From Botryllus schlosseri (Eukaryota): 64,000 nucleotides of DNA. Shown piece by piece: positions 62,699 to 64,000 of the stretch (position 1 is its first letter; each line of letters opens with the position of its first letter). The notes beneath the pieces are model-generated. The model was not told where the DNA came from. It did no database searches and worked only from the letters and a program-made list of their open reading frames with translations. Both the position numbers and the translations under genes were made by a program. The stretch covers positions 36,520,001-36,584,000 of the forward strand of contig CM119371.1 in NCBI GenBank assembly GCA_051294905.1, written 5' to 3'.

Positions 62699-64000
62699 GT
62701 AAGTTGCATTGTGGTGTGCATTTAATGGTCAGGGTCAGCAGTTCTGTAGTCAATGCATTGAAAGGGAGAGAAAGCTATTATCTGTTGTTATTTTCGAACA
62801 AGACCCGATGCAGTACTCGATGCAGTACTCGTAGTTTTAGCACGTTATGATGCTGAATTTTAAAACCCAGCTTGTGATGCAACCTGCAGTGATCAAATGT
62901 TAGTCGTTGATGTAAATTGAATTGCTGATGTAGTAGGCTACTCCTATAGTCCTATGTACACAATGTAACTGCCAAGTTGCTAGGTTATCTGGTGTGCGAA
63001 AGAAACGCGTCACTTCTTTCCGAGTCAAATTGACTGGTCGAGTATTCAAGATGTGTCGAGTAGACTATAGGTATTGATTTTTCACATATTCTCTGTGTTC
63101 CACCACTTTGATGCTAATTTTCAGTTAGCTCTCAGTTCAAACGCCTTTAACGAAAGTTTTTTAAACTCAAAACATCGATGAATGTTCAAGCTTTGATCAC
63201 CTCTGAAGACCCCTTCTTATCCCTTGCTAAGCCATACTTTTAATACAGCCATTGCCGCAGATTAAACTGCCATAATTCGAGTTCAAGTGGATATAATGAC
63301 TGGCTTATCTGCAACAGATACATACATACAGCAAAATATTGATCTGCATCTGCATCTGCATCTGAGTGCTTTATGTAATATCATATAGGCTCTAAAGATA
63401 AAGGCCTGGAATCCACTTTGTTTCAAATAGTACAATCTTGATCAGATGGGACTACCGTACGTTTTCATCTGTGTTAGTCCTACTTTTATGTCTTAATGTG
63501 TCTTTATGTCTTTCAAAAATGTCATTGAAAGAAATACTCAGACGGTTGGTTATTTCCAAATTCAGTATTTTAAATACCATTTGATTTACGATTTACCTTT
63601 GCATGCTAATGATCCGAAATTGTTGTTTGCTTGTTAAAATACTGTCCCAATTCTCTCTGTTTGTCGACACGTTGACCCGCTTTTATAGTTTCCCTTCGCA
63701 GTTTCTTTGTGGTACAATGTGCAGGATCTCCTGGTGGCATTTCTCCCTAATGAGAGTGTTAGCCAGGTAGCCTCACACAAGGTATGTTGTTCTTGGATAG
63801 CCTGAGAACTTTGATTTTAAATAGGACCAAACAAATTTGTTGACTGAAGGTAGTGAACGGCGTAGAGTTACATCGAAGTTTACTGCTTCAGTGGTAGTTG
63901 ATTCTTGGCGTCTAATTGGAACGAAATGCTGGTAATCTATCTAATCTTATTTGTGGAATGATTTTATGCTCTAATTTTGATTCCGATAGGGATGGTGTGA

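Noticed and set aside
63702..63781. Candidate next PLEKHM1 exon (cttcgcag| ... |gtatgt)
   Set aside because: The phase-0 translation does not match the expected RUN C-terminus and hits a stop.

Overview
Eukaryotic, intron-containing invertebrate genomic DNA. A tunicate or similar deuterostome is an inference from gene style, mosaic CpG depletion and repeat types, and cannot be proven here. Three spliced protein-coding genes can be rebuilt by hand with consistent exon phases. (1) A minus-strand phospholipase C delta-like gene (exons 8060-7460, 5560-5381, 3961-3757, 3147-3009; PH + EF-hand) contains a minor-spliceosome AT-AC intron, and no catalytic exons were found in the window. (2) A complete 7-exon plus-strand cytosolic sulfotransferase (40543-51933, 329 aa) has a probable upstream TATA/Inr promoter carrying DR1 nuclear-receptor elements and a non-coding exon at about 30.9-31.1 kb. 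(3) The 5' part of a PLEKHM1-like RUN-domain gene starts at 59340 and runs off the right end. The rest is rich in mobile elements: at least four tRNA-derived SINE types (two share an unnamed central domain, two have a Meta-like domain), many hAT-type MITEs with 8-bp TSDs (some nested, some almost fully palindromic), a 1-kb hAT deletion derivative with transposase remnants resembling a group I recall from oomycetes, algae and mosses, LINE tails and microsatellites. Most ORFs in the supplied track are spurious. I saw no prokaryote-style operon or CRISPR system.
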